Shown here piece after piece: positions 9,248-18,036 of a stretch of DNA of 59,264 nt (the stretch's first letter is position 1; the number at the start of each line of letters is the position of its first letter). Location of the stretch: assembly GCA_050301775.1 (NCBI GenBank), contig JBNKZT010000001.1, positions 1 to 59,264 on the forward strand, read 5' to 3'. The translations under genes were made by a program, and so were the position numbers. Source of the DNA: Candidatus Promineifilaceae bacterium. Lineage in GTDB: Bacteria > Chloroflexota > Anaerolineae > Promineifilales > Promineifilaceae. The notes below the pieces were generated by a model. The model ran no database searches, had not been told where the DNA came from, and worked only from the letters and a program-made list of their open reading frames with translations.

Positions 9248-11209
9248 TCACTTTAGCTGCACAAGCCCTAATCGTTCCAGCAGTTCAAATTCGCGCACAA
9301 TGAGTTCAGCATCGCGGATACCAATTTCCATTTCGATCCGGTCGATTATGTCCAGGACAGTGCACCGGCCGTCGGCCCAATATTCGGCCAGCGTTTGGGC
9401 GGTGTAGGCTCCCTTCCGGTCTTTGCGGAATTGGTAAAGTTCCTCTTTTTCGGCAGCGGTTAATTCGGCCGTGGACCCAATGGCCAACCCTGGTCCGCGA
9501 TAATTTCGCTTGGGAATGAGCGTAGCTGCTTTTTGTTCCCATTCGCCCGGTTCTGCCGGGGCTACGGATTCACCGTTACTGAAAGAGTCGATGCGGGCGC
9601 GGGCTAATTCGGTGAATTGCAGCGCCTCATCGTAAATGTCTTCCAGGATCGGTCCCACATCAGCCCAGAGACGGTGGAGAGAATTCAGTCCGGCGCGAAA
9701 ACGATCCAGTTGGTAGTCGAGTTGGCGGTTGGGCATTCCCCCTTTACTATTTCCCTTCTCCACCATCTCTGTCACCAGCCCCTGTGCCCGATGGGCCAGC
9801 CGGGCCTGGAAGCGGGCTAGCATCTCGTGGGCCAGCCAGGCTGTTTCCTTTTCGCCGGCCGTGGCGATGAAATAGGCAAACGCCGCCGCCAGCGTGCCGG
9901 AACGATGCAACGTCGCCGGGCTGACCTTCTCAAGCGTATCCTGCGATGTGTGGTAAAACTTGTCCGGCCACTGGATGAACATCGGCATGGGCACGCCTAC
10001 CGTCGGGTCAGAAAAAATGTAATGGTCCGAGCCGCCGGTGAAGCCGGTGGTGGCATAGCGAAAATGGGCGTAGCCTTCCAGTCCGCCGTAGGTCTCCACG
10101 TCGTCGAACAATTCCTCGCGCAGCCGCTCGGCTAAATCGACGGCAAATGAAGCGGCAGCATCGGGCGGCCGCTCCAGAACCATGACCGCCCCTGTTTGCT
10201 CCTGATCAGCGCCAACCATGTCTAGATTTAGCCCGGCGATCATGCCCGGAATGTCAGCCTCGTGCCGCGAGAGGTAGGCGAAGGAGCCAGTCATTTCCGG
10301 CATCCACAGGAAGCGGATGCTGCGTTTAGGTGGTGGCAGCTGGCCATTGTCAATCAGCCGCTTGAGGGTGCGGGCCGCTTCCAGGTTGGCGGCCACCCCG
10401 CTGCCGTTGTCGTTGGCCGAGGGCTGGGGGTGGCAGAGATGGCTGACCAGGATGGTTTGTTCGTTGGGATGGGTTGTGCCGGGGAGTACGGCCGTTACCA
10501 CCTCAATCTCGCCATCATACAATTCAGCCTGAATATCGGCACGCACCTTGACCGGCCCCTTCTTGAGCAGGCCGCGCAGCCACTGCCCCTGGCGCGGAGT
10601 CAAGACAAAACCAAGACATTCCGTTTCATCGCCCGTCCACCAAAACGAGGTGTACTGCCGGGCATCGGCCAAGTCCATCGGCAGGCGCACTGGCGGGGCC
10701 AGCGCCATCCCGTCAAACAAAATGCCAATCGCGCCAAACTTTTCCACCGCCAACTGCTGCACGCGGCTTACGCTGCCATTCGTCAGGACGATTTTGCCGG
10801 TCACATCCAAGCCATCGTAATCAGCTTCTTCCTGACCGTCTTCCACCAGCACCACTTCCGCTTCGCCCTGAAAGGGGATGCTGCGCTGGATGAGGGCGAT
10901 TTTCTCTTCGCGGTAATCGGCCAGTTTGCGTGCTTCTTTCTCCGGTTCGATGAGGTGCAGCGTGGCGCTGGCGGCCGACCATTCCTGGAAAGAGTGGGCT
11001 TCCCAAAACTTCGTTTGATAATTGGCTGGATAGGTTTCGATGTGGGCTTCCAGTCCCGCTTTTTGCAGTTCGTCCAACACGTATTGGGCGGCGGCGCGGT
11101 AGCCGGGGCTGGCCTGGATGCGGTGGTGGCGGATAATGGCGGCGACGTCTTCTTTAGCGGCCGTTCCGGAAAACTCTCTGCGGATGATGGAAAAAGTCTT
11201 CTTTAACAT
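9248..11209 (-). CDS. M28-family aminopeptidase-like protein (DUF4910-type architecture)
   Basis: Track ORF 9248..11254. The likely start is the ATG at 11209 (MLKKTFSIIRREF). The metallopeptidase motif region is HLCHPQPSANDNGSGVAANLEAA, with LNLDMVG and GGSDHYIF. The family assignment is from memory of these motifs. Confidence 0.8.
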   Translation of the reverse strand: MLKKTFSIIRREFSGTAAKEDVAAIIRHHRIQASPGYRAAAQYVLDELQKAGLEAHIETYPANYQTKFWEAHSFQEWSAASATLHLIEPEKEARKLADYREEKIALIQRSIPFQGEAEVVLVEDGQEEADYDGLDVTGKIVLTNGSVSRVQQLAVEKFGAIGILFDGMALAPPVRLPMDLADARQYTSFWWTGDETECLGFVLTPRQGQWLRGLLKKGPVKVRADIQAELYDGEIEVVTAVLPGTTHPNEQTILVSHLCHPQPSANDNGSGVAANLEAARTLKRLIDNGQLPPPKRSIRFLWMPEMTGSFAYLSRHEADIPGMIAGLNLDMVGADQEQTGAVMVLERPPDAAASFAVDLAERLREELFDDVETYGGLEGYAHFRYATTGFTGGSDHYIFSDPTVGVPMPMFIQWPDKFYHTSQDTLEKVSPATLHRSGTLAAAFAYFIATAGEKETAWLAHEMLARFQARLAHRAQGLVTEMVEKGNSKGGMPNRQLDYQLDRFRAGLNSLHRLWADVGPILEDIYDEALQFTELARARIDSFSNGESVAPAEPGEWEQKAATLIPKRNYRGPGLAIGSTAELTAAEKEELYQFRKDRKGAYTAQTLAEYWADGRCTVLDIIDRIEMEIGIRDAELIVREFELLERLGLVQLK

Positions 11210-11228
11210 GGTTGCTTCCAAAATTTTT

Positions 11229-11293
11229 GGACACGGATAAACGCTGATAAACACGGATTAAAAAATCAGTGTAAATCCGTGTGATCCGTGTCC
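11229..11293. repeat. Decamer-unit palindromic element (hairpin) between the ybaK-like gene and the peptidase gene
   Basis: GGACACGGATAAACGCTGATAAACACGGATT ..loop.. AAATCCGTGTGATCCGTGTCC. The left arm is three 10-nt units (ACACGGATAA/ACGCTGATAA/ACACGGATTA). The outer 10 bp and the inner 9 bp pair perfectly. Confidence 0.7.
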
Positions 11294-11295
11294 CA

Positions 11296-11784
11296 TTAAT
11301 TCTTTCCCAGGCTGACAATTTCGATATCACCCAACGCCCGGCGTAAATCGGCGCTGGACAGGATGATGGTTGTGCCACGGAAGCCGGAACCCAACGATAC
11401 TTCCTCCGGCACAAAGATGCTTTCATCGGCCAGGATGCGCAGCGGCGCCGGCAGGCCAAACGGGGCAACGGCCCCCCGCTCGTAGCCGGTGACGCGGCGC
11501 ACCTCTTCTTCATTGGCGGTGGTCAGCCGCTTTTCGCCCAGATAACGGCGCAGCGCCTTCCAATCGATCTGCTGCGGCCCGGCCATCAGCACCATGACAA
11601 ACTCGTCGGCCGACAGGCGAAAGAGGATGGAGCGAATGACCTGCTCCGGCTGCTGGCCGCGCTCGGCCGCCGCCTGTTCCAGCGAACGCACCGGCCCCGG
11701 ATGGCGGAATTCGCGGTGAGGTACATTCATCTCGGTCAACGCAAGGCTAACGGGTGTAGGATCAGTCATCGAGTTGGGTTTCAA
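11296..11784 (-). CDS. YbaK/EbsC-family aminoacyl-tRNA deacylase domain protein
   Basis: Track ORF of 162 aa. It has the typical YbaK-domain stretch RSILFRLSADEFVMVLMAGPQQIDWKALRRYLGEKRLTTANEEEVRRVTGYERGAVAPFG. Confidence 0.8.
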   Translation of the reverse strand: MKPNSMTDPTPVSLALTEMNVPHREFRHPGPVRSLEQAAAERGQQPEQVIRSILFRLSADEFVMVLMAGPQQIDWKALRRYLGEKRLTTANEEEVRRVTGYERGAVAPFGLPAPLRILADESIFVPEEVSLGSGFRGTTIILSSADLRRALGDIEIVSLGKN

Positions 11785-12208
11785 TTTGTTTTACAAACTG
11801 GTGCAACTGTTTGCGTTCTTCACGGAGGAGGGGCAGGTTTTCGTCGTAGGCGTGTCGGATGCGAGCGCGTTCTTTGGGCCACAAGTCGGGATTAGTAGTG
11901 AAGATGACACGGCCGTTCCGCACAATCTCCATTCCCAACACCGGATCCAAATCAGGCGAGACCAAAGCTAAACTTACTTCTTTATCCAACAAGTTTTGCA
12001 GTTCGACCAGCCAGCGCAGCTTTGTCCCCGAATCAAGCGATTCGGCGGAATCAAGCGATTTAGAGGGCCACACAGCCAGGTCTACGTCGCTGCCCGGATG
12101 GGTTTGGCCGGTTGCCTGGGAGCCAAACAGAACACACAACCTTACCGGGTGTGTCTGGCACCAGTCGTGAACGGCCGTTATGATTTGCAAAACATCCTTA
12201 TCACTCAT
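11762..12208 (-). CDS. Nucleotidyltransferase-domain protein (MNT/minimal NTase type)
   Basis: Track ORF 11762..12274. The likely start is the ATG at 12208 (MSDKDVLQII). NTase motif LFGSQATGQTHPGSDVDLAVW. It overlaps the downstream gene by 23 nt. No HEPN partner is visible. Confidence 0.75.
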   Translation of the reverse strand: MSDKDVLQIITAVHDWCQTHPVRLCVLFGSQATGQTHPGSDVDLAVWPSKSLDSAESLDSGTKLRWLVELQNLLDKEVSLALVSPDLDPVLGMEIVRNGRVIFTTNPDLWPKERARIRHAYDENLPLLREERKQLHQFVKQIETQLDD

Positions 12209-12303
12209 AATGAAGATGATACCGGATGGCACAAGGTTGCACAATCCCTGAACAAAAAAGTGAACGGCAACCAACCTACGGATTACCGTTCACGAAATAC
12301 GGA

Positions 12304-13437
12304 TTACGGCAAAACTTCTTTCAACGCCGCCAACAGCAGCAGCACATTTTCCGGGCGGCTGTTGAAGCCCATGAGACCGACGCGCCAGATTTGGCCGGCC
12401 AGCGGTCCGAAGCCGCCGGCGATTTCGATGTTGTACTCGCGCAGCAGGCGGCCGGCCACCGCTTTGGCGTCCACGCCTTCGGGGACGCGCACGGTGGTCA
12501 GGCTGGGCAGGCGGTATTCGTGGGGTACGTGGCATTCGATGCCCATCTCGACCAGACCCTCCCAGAACAGTTCGGCGTTGGCTTGATGGCGTGCCCAGCG
12601 GGCTTCCAACCCCTCTTCGGCGACCAGGCGCAGCGCTTCGCGCAGGGCGTAGTTCATGTTGATGGGCGCGGTGTGGTGATAGGTGCGCTCACTGCCCCAA
12701 TATTTGCTCAACATGGACATGTCCAGATACCAGTTGGCGACTTTGGTCTTGCGATTGTTCAGTTTTTCCACGGCGCGCGGGCCGAGGGTCAGCGGGGCGA
12801 CACCAGGCGGGCAGCTCAAACATTTCTGGCTGCCGCTGTAAGCCACATCGACGCCCCATTCATCCAGCATGAGGGGCACGCCGCCTAGACTGGTAACGCT
12901 GTCGATGAGCAGCAGGCAGTCGAATTCGCGGCACAAATCGGCCACGCCTTCCAATGGCTGGCGAGCGCCCGTGGAAGTTTCGGCATGAACCAGGGCCAGG
13001 ATAGCCGGGCGGTGCTGTTCCAGTCCGGCGCGAATGTCATCCAGGCTGAATACATCGCCCCAGGGCTTTTCGATCTGGCGCACATCGCCGCCGTAACGGC
13101 CGGCCATATCAACCAGGCGTAAGCCAAAGTAGCCGTTGACGCCGACAAGAACGACGTCGCCCGGCTCGACGGTGTTGGCGACGCTGGCTTCCATGGCTGC
13201 GCTGCCGGTGCCGCTGACGGGGATGGTGAACTGGTTATCGGTTTGCCAGGCATAGCGCAGCAGTTCCTGGACTTCGTTCATCAATTCAATGAATTTGGGG
13301 TCAAGATGGCCGACCTGGCGCATACTGAGGGCTTGCAGAACGCGCGGGTGGGCGTTGGACGGGCCAGGGCCAAGCAGCAGACGCGGCGGGACGTCGAGCT
13401 GGCTGGCCTGGATACGATGGGTATTGTTGATTTGCAT
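12304..13437 (-). CDS. Class-V aminotransferase, alanine-glyoxylate / serine-pyruvate (AGXT) type
   Basis: Track ORF of 377 aa. LLLGPGPSNAHPRVLQA at the N-terminus, a PLP-lysine region YSGSQKCLSCPPG, and overall AGXT-like length and layout. Confidence 0.88.
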   Translation of the reverse strand: MQINNTHRIQASQLDVPPRLLLGPGPSNAHPRVLQALSMRQVGHLDPKFIELMNEVQELLRYAWQTDNQFTIPVSGTGSAAMEASVANTVEPGDVVLVGVNGYFGLRLVDMAGRYGGDVRQIEKPWGDVFSLDDIRAGLEQHRPAILALVHAETSTGARQPLEGVADLCREFDCLLLIDSVTSLGGVPLMLDEWGVDVAYSGSQKCLSCPPGVAPLTLGPRAVEKLNNRKTKVANWYLDMSMLSKYWGSERTYHHTAPINMNYALREALRLVAEEGLEARWARHQANAELFWEGLVEMGIECHVPHEYRLPSLTTVRVPEGVDAKAVAGRLLREYNIEIAGGFGPLAGQIWRVGLMGFNSRPENVLLLLAALKEVLP

Positions 13438-13461
13438 GATTTGGGTTCTCCTTTTTTAATA

Positions 13462-13492
13462 GGACGCAGACGAACGCGGATGACGCGGATTA
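13462..13492. repeat. Half copy of the decamer-unit element
   Basis: GGACGCAGACGAACGCGGATGACGCGGATTA aligns unit by unit with 11229-11259 and 46653-46684. No inverted partner is present here. Confidence 0.55.
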
Positions 13493-13539
13493 AAGATGGT
13501 AGAGCGAGGGAAGCCATTTTACCCTCTCGCTCTAGTTGA

Positions 13540-14145
13540 TTGGAATCATACGCCGGGCGGGGTAAAATTTCAAGGATGGAGGCTTTTATGTTGCAATCGA
13601 ATTTATTACGTGGTGAACGGGTGCGGTTAACGGCCGTCACCCCCGCCGACCTCCCCACACTGACCCAATGGTGGGCCGACGCCGATTTCCTGCGCCTGTA
13701 CGACTCCGTCCCGGCCTATCCGCAAACGGAAGCGCAGTTGGTGAAACGGATTGAGGATGGGCAGAAGGGAGACCGGACGTTTTTGTTTGGGATACGGCCG
13801 TTAACCACCACCGATCTCCTCGGCTTGCTGGAACTGGATGGGGTCATGTGGGCACACGGTACAACCTTTGTTAGTATTGCCATTGGGGATGAAGAAAATA
13901 GGGGGAAGGGATACGGCCGTGAAGCCATGCAGATCGCCCTCAAATTTGCCTTCCGCGAACTCAACCTGCACCGCGTCTGCCTGACCGTCTTTAGTTACAA
14001 CCAGGCCGCCATCAAACTGTACGAATCCCTCGGCTTCACCCGTGAAGGCACCTACCGGGAACATCTGCACCGCGACGGCCAGCGCCACGACATGATCTTG
14101 TATGGCTTGCTGCGCCATGAGTGGCCAATAAAAGCCGACCGCTGA
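13540..14145 (+). CDS. GNAT-family N-acetyltransferase (RimJ/RimL-like)
   Basis: Track ORF of 201 aa. Acetyl-CoA-binding region IGDEENRGKGYGREAMQIALKFAFRELNLHRVCLTVFSYNQAAIKLYESLGF. The start is uncertain; alternatives are ATG 13576 and 13588. Confidence 0.85.
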   Translation: MESYAGRGKISRMEAFMLQSNLLRGERVRLTAVTPADLPTLTQWWADADFLRLYDSVPAYPQTEAQLVKRIEDGQKGDRTFLFGIRPLTTTDLLGLLELDGVMWAHGTTFVSIAIGDEENRGKGYGREAMQIALKFAFRELNLHRVCLTVFSYNQAAIKLYESLGFTREGTYREHLHRDGQRHDMILYGLLRHEWPIKADR

Positions 14146-14178
14146 CAGGCTAATAGCTGACAAACTGACAAGCTGACC
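14141..14178. repeat. Short-period (about 7-nt) tandem array GCTGACA-like at the 3' end of the GNAT gene
   Basis: GCTGACAG GCTAATA GCTGACA AACTGACA AGCTGACC. It overlaps the GNAT stop codon at 14143-14145. Confidence 0.5.
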
Positions 14179-14371
14179 GCCATCCACTCCAAATGGTACA
14201 AAAGTCGGGTGAAAAGCCACCCTGACAGGTGAACATCACGTAAAAAAAACCGCCGTACTACTTCTCACTATGCTATCATGTGCCTAAGTAAATATTGAGG
14301 CAGAAAGCGGCCTTTTAACCCTACATCATTCATCATCCCGCCTTCATCCTTTTTATTTCTGGCAGGTCAAC

Positions 14372-15538
14372 ATGGCAAAAATCGATCCTATTTCGTTATT
14401 ACAAAATGTGTTTCCTGAACTAAATAAGGAAGACATCGCCACCCTGAACCAGGCTGCCGACAGCCAATCCTATGCCGCTGGAACAGATATTTTATTGGAA
14501 GGGGAAACCGGCACAACCTTATTCATTTTGGGGATTGGTCAAGCTGATATCCTTGTTCAGGCTAACAATCAAGAAATTTTGATCGACACCGTTGGCCCTA
14601 ACAGTTACTTCGGAGAAATGGCCTTTTTAGGCGAGACAACACGGACAGCCACCATCCGAGCCAAGACTGACTGCCAGGTTTTGACCCTTGATGAAATAGA
14701 TTTCATGCCCATTGCCCGGGCCAACCCCAATTTGCTGCGTAATTTACTGCGGCAGATCATCGGCCATCTTCGACGCAACGATCAAGCCGTCATTAGCGAA
14801 CTCAATGCCAAAAACACAGATTTAGAGCAGGCTTACGCCGATCTGGCCGAACAAGAAGAGCTGCGCACACAGTTCATTGCCACCCTTTCTCACGAAATTC
14901 GCACCCCGCTGACCTCTGTTCGCGGCTTCCTGGGTCTGATTGCTCAGGGTGCGCTCCAAGGTGATTCGCTGCGCGTGGCCATGGATTCAATTTCGCGCAA
15001 TGTCGAGCGTATGGTTGGCCTGACCAATGATTTGCTGCTCATGTATGAGATGCATCCCACTTCCATGGAATTCAGTTCTGTCAATTTAGCGGATGTATTG
15101 ATTGAAGCCCTTCATGATGCCCGCACCGCTCTAAACGGCACTACAACCGGTGTCAAACTGGATATTGCACCTGATTTACCTCAGCTTTATGCCGATCGAC
15201 GAGCCTTGACTTTGGCGGTGCGGGCGCTGACAGAAAATGCTTTCAAATTCAACCCCAATCAGCTGCCAATTTCAATTCGGGCGGCAACCAATGGCAACAA
15301 TGAAGTAATCATTACTGTGGAGGATAAGGGTATAGGCATTCCAGCGGCCGAACAGTCGCGTATTTTTGAACCTTTTGTCCGCCTGGAGAAGGAAGGCGGC
15401 ACTAATTTGTTCCCCGGTTTAGGCGTAGGATTAACAATCGCCCGATTTGTGGTGGAAAGGCATAATGGCCGTATCGAAGTCAAGAGTACACCCAATCAAG
15501 GCAGCACCTTTACGATTCATCTGCCCCAGTTAGCCTGA
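14372..15538 (+). CDS. Cyclic-nucleotide-binding domain + histidine kinase (HisKA + HATPase_c)
   Basis: Track ORF of 388 aa. cNMP-binding signature FGEMAFLGETTRTATIRA, H-box SHEIRTPLTSVRGF, and G-boxes EDKGIGIP and GLGVGLTIARFVV. Confidence 0.9.
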   Translation: MAKIDPISLLQNVFPELNKEDIATLNQAADSQSYAAGTDILLEGETGTTLFILGIGQADILVQANNQEILIDTVGPNSYFGEMAFLGETTRTATIRAKTDCQVLTLDEIDFMPIARANPNLLRNLLRQIIGHLRRNDQAVISELNAKNTDLEQAYADLAEQEELRTQFIATLSHEIRTPLTSVRGFLGLIAQGALQGDSLRVAMDSISRNVERMVGLTNDLLLMYEMHPTSMEFSSVNLADVLIEALHDARTALNGTTTGVKLDIAPDLPQLYADRRALTLAVRALTENAFKFNPNQLPISIRAATNGNNEVIITVEDKGIGIPAAEQSRIFEPFVRLEKEGGTNLFPGLGVGLTIARFVVERHNGRIEVKSTPNQGSTFTIHLPQLA

Positions 15539-15825
15539 TTTAGCCCCAAAATAACACCGCCTGCCCCCATTTTAACGCCAATTTGTCTCCTAATTGACGG
15601 CATGTTCCGTTTCGTATACACTATATGATAGAAGATTTAGGAACCTGTCTCAATTCATGACACAATCAGTACGATCAACACGATCTTACCTTGTTTATTC
15701 CCCTTTCGTAAGGTATATTTTCTGCGTCCAGCAGGAAAAAATCCCTGCTGACCAAACAGAATGGTTATCCTCAACCGTTCAAACCTACTATAAGAAGAGA
15801 GAGATTTTAATTTGAGCGGAGTGCT

Positions 15826-16830
15826 ATGACCCATTTACTTGAAGTCAGAGATCTTGTCACCAAATTTTATACGGAACAAGGCGTTGTCAACGCTGTTAAC
15901 GGTATTTCATACACCTTGGATGAAGGGGAATCCATCGCGATTGTTGGTGAAAGTGGTTCCGGCAAATCGGTTGGCGTGTTGTCCATCATGGGGCTGATCC
16001 CCAGCCCGCCCGGTCGGGTGGATAGTGGGCAGGCGTTGTTTAACGGCCGTGACATGATCCACATGAAAAGCGAAGAGCTGCGCCACATCCGCGGACGGGA
16101 AATGGCTATGGTCTTCCAGGATCCGATGACCTCGCTTAACCCAGTGCTGACCGTAGGTTATCAGTTAACAGAATCACTCAAGCTCCATTTGGCAATGGAT
16201 GATGCTCAAGCCAAAAAACGGGCAGCGGAGATGCTCGAACTGGTAGGGATTCCCAACCCGGAAGAGCGACTATCTGACTATCCCCATCAATTTTCTGGCG
16301 GTCAGCGGCAGCGCGTCATGATTGCGATGGCTTTGTCCTGTAATCCCTCCCTCCTCATTGCCGATGAGCCAACCACAGCGCTGGATGTAACGATTCAAGC
16401 CCAGATTGTAGAACTGATCAAGCAGCTTCAGGAAAAATTGGGGATGGCCCTCATCTGGATCACCCATGACCTGGCATTGGTCGCCGGCATGGTGGACAAA
16501 GTGGCTGTGATGTACGCCGGGTTTATTGTTGAGCAGGCGACGGTTCATGATTTGTATAAACGGCCGTTGCACCCCTACACCCTCGGCCTCCTGCACTCTA
16601 TGCCCAAACTGGATGCCAAAGACCAGCAGCGTCTGGCCTCCATCGATGGCCTCCCCCCCGATCTGCGACAAGATTTCAAATCTTGCCCATTTGCCCCCCG
16701 ATGCCCCTATGCGATTGATAAATGCAAGCAAGAAAACCCGCCTTTATTGCCCACCGGGCCAAATCGCGTATCTGCCTGCTGGCGCTGGGAAGACCTCCGC
16801 GAAGAAACTGGTTTTGGAGTTAACGCATGA
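15826..16830 (+). CDS. Peptide (Opp/Dpp-type) ABC transporter ATP-binding protein, D-type
   Basis: Track ORF of 334 aa. Walker A GESGSGKS, signature [15 protein letters not shown], Walker [13 protein letters not shown], and a Cys-containing oligopeptide C-terminal extension. Confidence 0.92.
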   Translation: MTHLLEVRDLVTKFYTEQGVVNAVNGISYTLDEGESIAIVGESGSGKSVGVLSIMGLIPSPPGRVDSGQALFNGRDMIHMKSEELRHIRGREMAMVFQDPMTSLNPVLTVGYQLTESLKLHLAMDDAQAKKRAAEMLELVGIPNPEERLSDYPHQFSGGQRQRVMIAMALSCNPSLLIADEPTTALDVTIQAQIVELIKQLQEKLGMALIWITHDLALVAGMVDKVAVMYAGFIVEQATVHDLYKRPLHPYTLGLLHSMPKLDAKDQQRLASIDGLPPDLRQDFKSCPFAPRCPYAIDKCKQENPPLLPTGPNRVSACWRWEDLREETGFGVNA

Positions 16831-17834
16831 GTCAAGAAAACGGAAAAGAAGTATTCATTGAAGTTCGCAACCTGAAAAAACATTTTCCAATTATGCGCGG
16901 TATATTTCGCCGCCAGGTAGGGGCCGTTAAAGCCGTGGATGGTGTTTCCTTCGATATTTACAAAGGTGAAACACTCGGACTTGTCGGCGAAAGTGGCTGT
17001 GGCAAATCCACAACCGGGCGCAGCATTCTACAGCTATTAAAACCCACAGATGGCCAAGTCCACTTCAAAGGACAGGACCTGACCAAATTGGGACAGAACG
17101 AACTCCGTAGAACGCGCCGGCATATGCAAATGATTTTCCAGGATCCATATGCCTCCCTCAATCCGCGTATGACCGTTGGCAACATCATTGGCGAACCATT
17201 GGAAATCCACAACATCGGCGATACCAACAGCCGCAAAGAACGCGTCAAAGAACTGCTAAAAATCGTGGGGCTTAATCCTTATTTCATCAATCGCTATCCC
17301 CATGAATTCTCTGGTGGACAGCGGCAGCGCATTGGTGTCGCCCGCGCCCTGGCTACAAACCCCGATTTCATTGTGGCCGATGAACCCATTTCGGCGCTGG
17401 ATGTCTCCATTCAAGCCCAGGTCGTCAACTTATTGGATGACCTGAAAGCAGAGCTAGGGCTGACCTACCTTTTTATTGCCCACGACCTGTCCATGATTCG
17501 CTACATTAGCGATCGGGTAGCCGTGATGTACTTAGGCAAAGTTGTTGAACTGAGCGAAAAAGACCAGGTCTTCGATCATGCGCTCCATCCCTATACACAA
17601 GCCCTTCTGTCGGCTATTCCTATCCCGGATCCCGAAAAAGAAGAAAAGCGGCAGCGCCTGATTTTGGAAGGCGGTGTACCCAGCCCGGCAAACCCGCCCA
17701 GTGGCTGCCATTTCCATCCTCGTTGTTCTTACGCAACTGACATCTGCCATGAAGTTGACCCTGAGTTTCGTAACATGGGTGCAAACAACAACCCCCACTG
17801 GGTTGCCTGTCATCATGCCGAACAGTTTGCTTAA
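16827..17834 (+). CDS. Peptide (Opp/Dpp-type) ABC transporter ATP-binding protein, F-type
   Basis: Track ORF of 335 aa. [36 protein letters not shown], with a 4-nt overlap with the upstream ATPase gene. Confidence 0.92.
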   Translation: MSQENGKEVFIEVRNLKKHFPIMRGIFRRQVGAVKAVDGVSFDIYKGETLGLVGESGCGKSTTGRSILQLLKPTDGQVHFKGQDLTKLGQNELRRTRRHMQMIFQDPYASLNPRMTVGNIIGEPLEIHNIGDTNSRKERVKELLKIVGLNPYFINRYPHEFSGGQRQRIGVARALATNPDFIVADEPISALDVSIQAQVVNLLDDLKAELGLTYLFIAHDLSMIRYISDRVAVMYLGKVVELSEKDQVFDHALHPYTQALLSAIPIPDPEKEEKRQRLILEGGVPSPANPPSGCHFHPRCSYATDICHEVDPEFRNMGANNNPHWVACHHAEQFA

Positions 17835-18036
17835 AGATGGCATATTGCCATGTAGATAACCGATCTAATTTATGAATCGCTATCAAGTGTATAGAGTAAT
17901 CTATACACCACCAATTAAGTTTAATAGAAATTTTCAAGGAGGTGAGGCCTGACAATTAGCTGAATTTTAGAAGATAATGGTTTACGCTTATTTAATTTTC
18001 TCAAAAATCCATTAATTTGGAGGAGGTTTAGAAAAA

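Noticed and set aside
10262-11206. 314-aa + strand ORF antisense to the M28-like peptidase gene
   Set aside because: It is Arg/Gly/Ala-rich, with the composition typical of a GC-rich antisense frame, and has no recognisable motif. The minus-strand gene has clear metallopeptidase motifs.
11762-12208. The nucleotidyltransferase as part of an MNT/HEPN (type VII) toxin-antitoxin pair
   Set aside because: No HEPN/DUF86 partner ORF is present on either side; the neighbours are the ybaK-like gene and the aminotransferase gene. It is called only as an orphan NTase-domain protein.
12226-12888. 220-aa + strand ORF antisense to the aminotransferase gene (similarly 53196..53780, 30054..30614, 32633..33208, 39058..39600 and 28083..28586 at other loci)
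   Set aside because: All lie fully inside strongly supported genes on the other strand and show the biased composition of GC-rich antisense frames.
15594-15815. 73-aa ORF in the AT-rich region upstream of the transporter operon
   Set aside because: No start context, no motif, and AT-rich leader-like sequence with a small hairpin (15729-15750). It is more likely an untranslated promoter/leader region.
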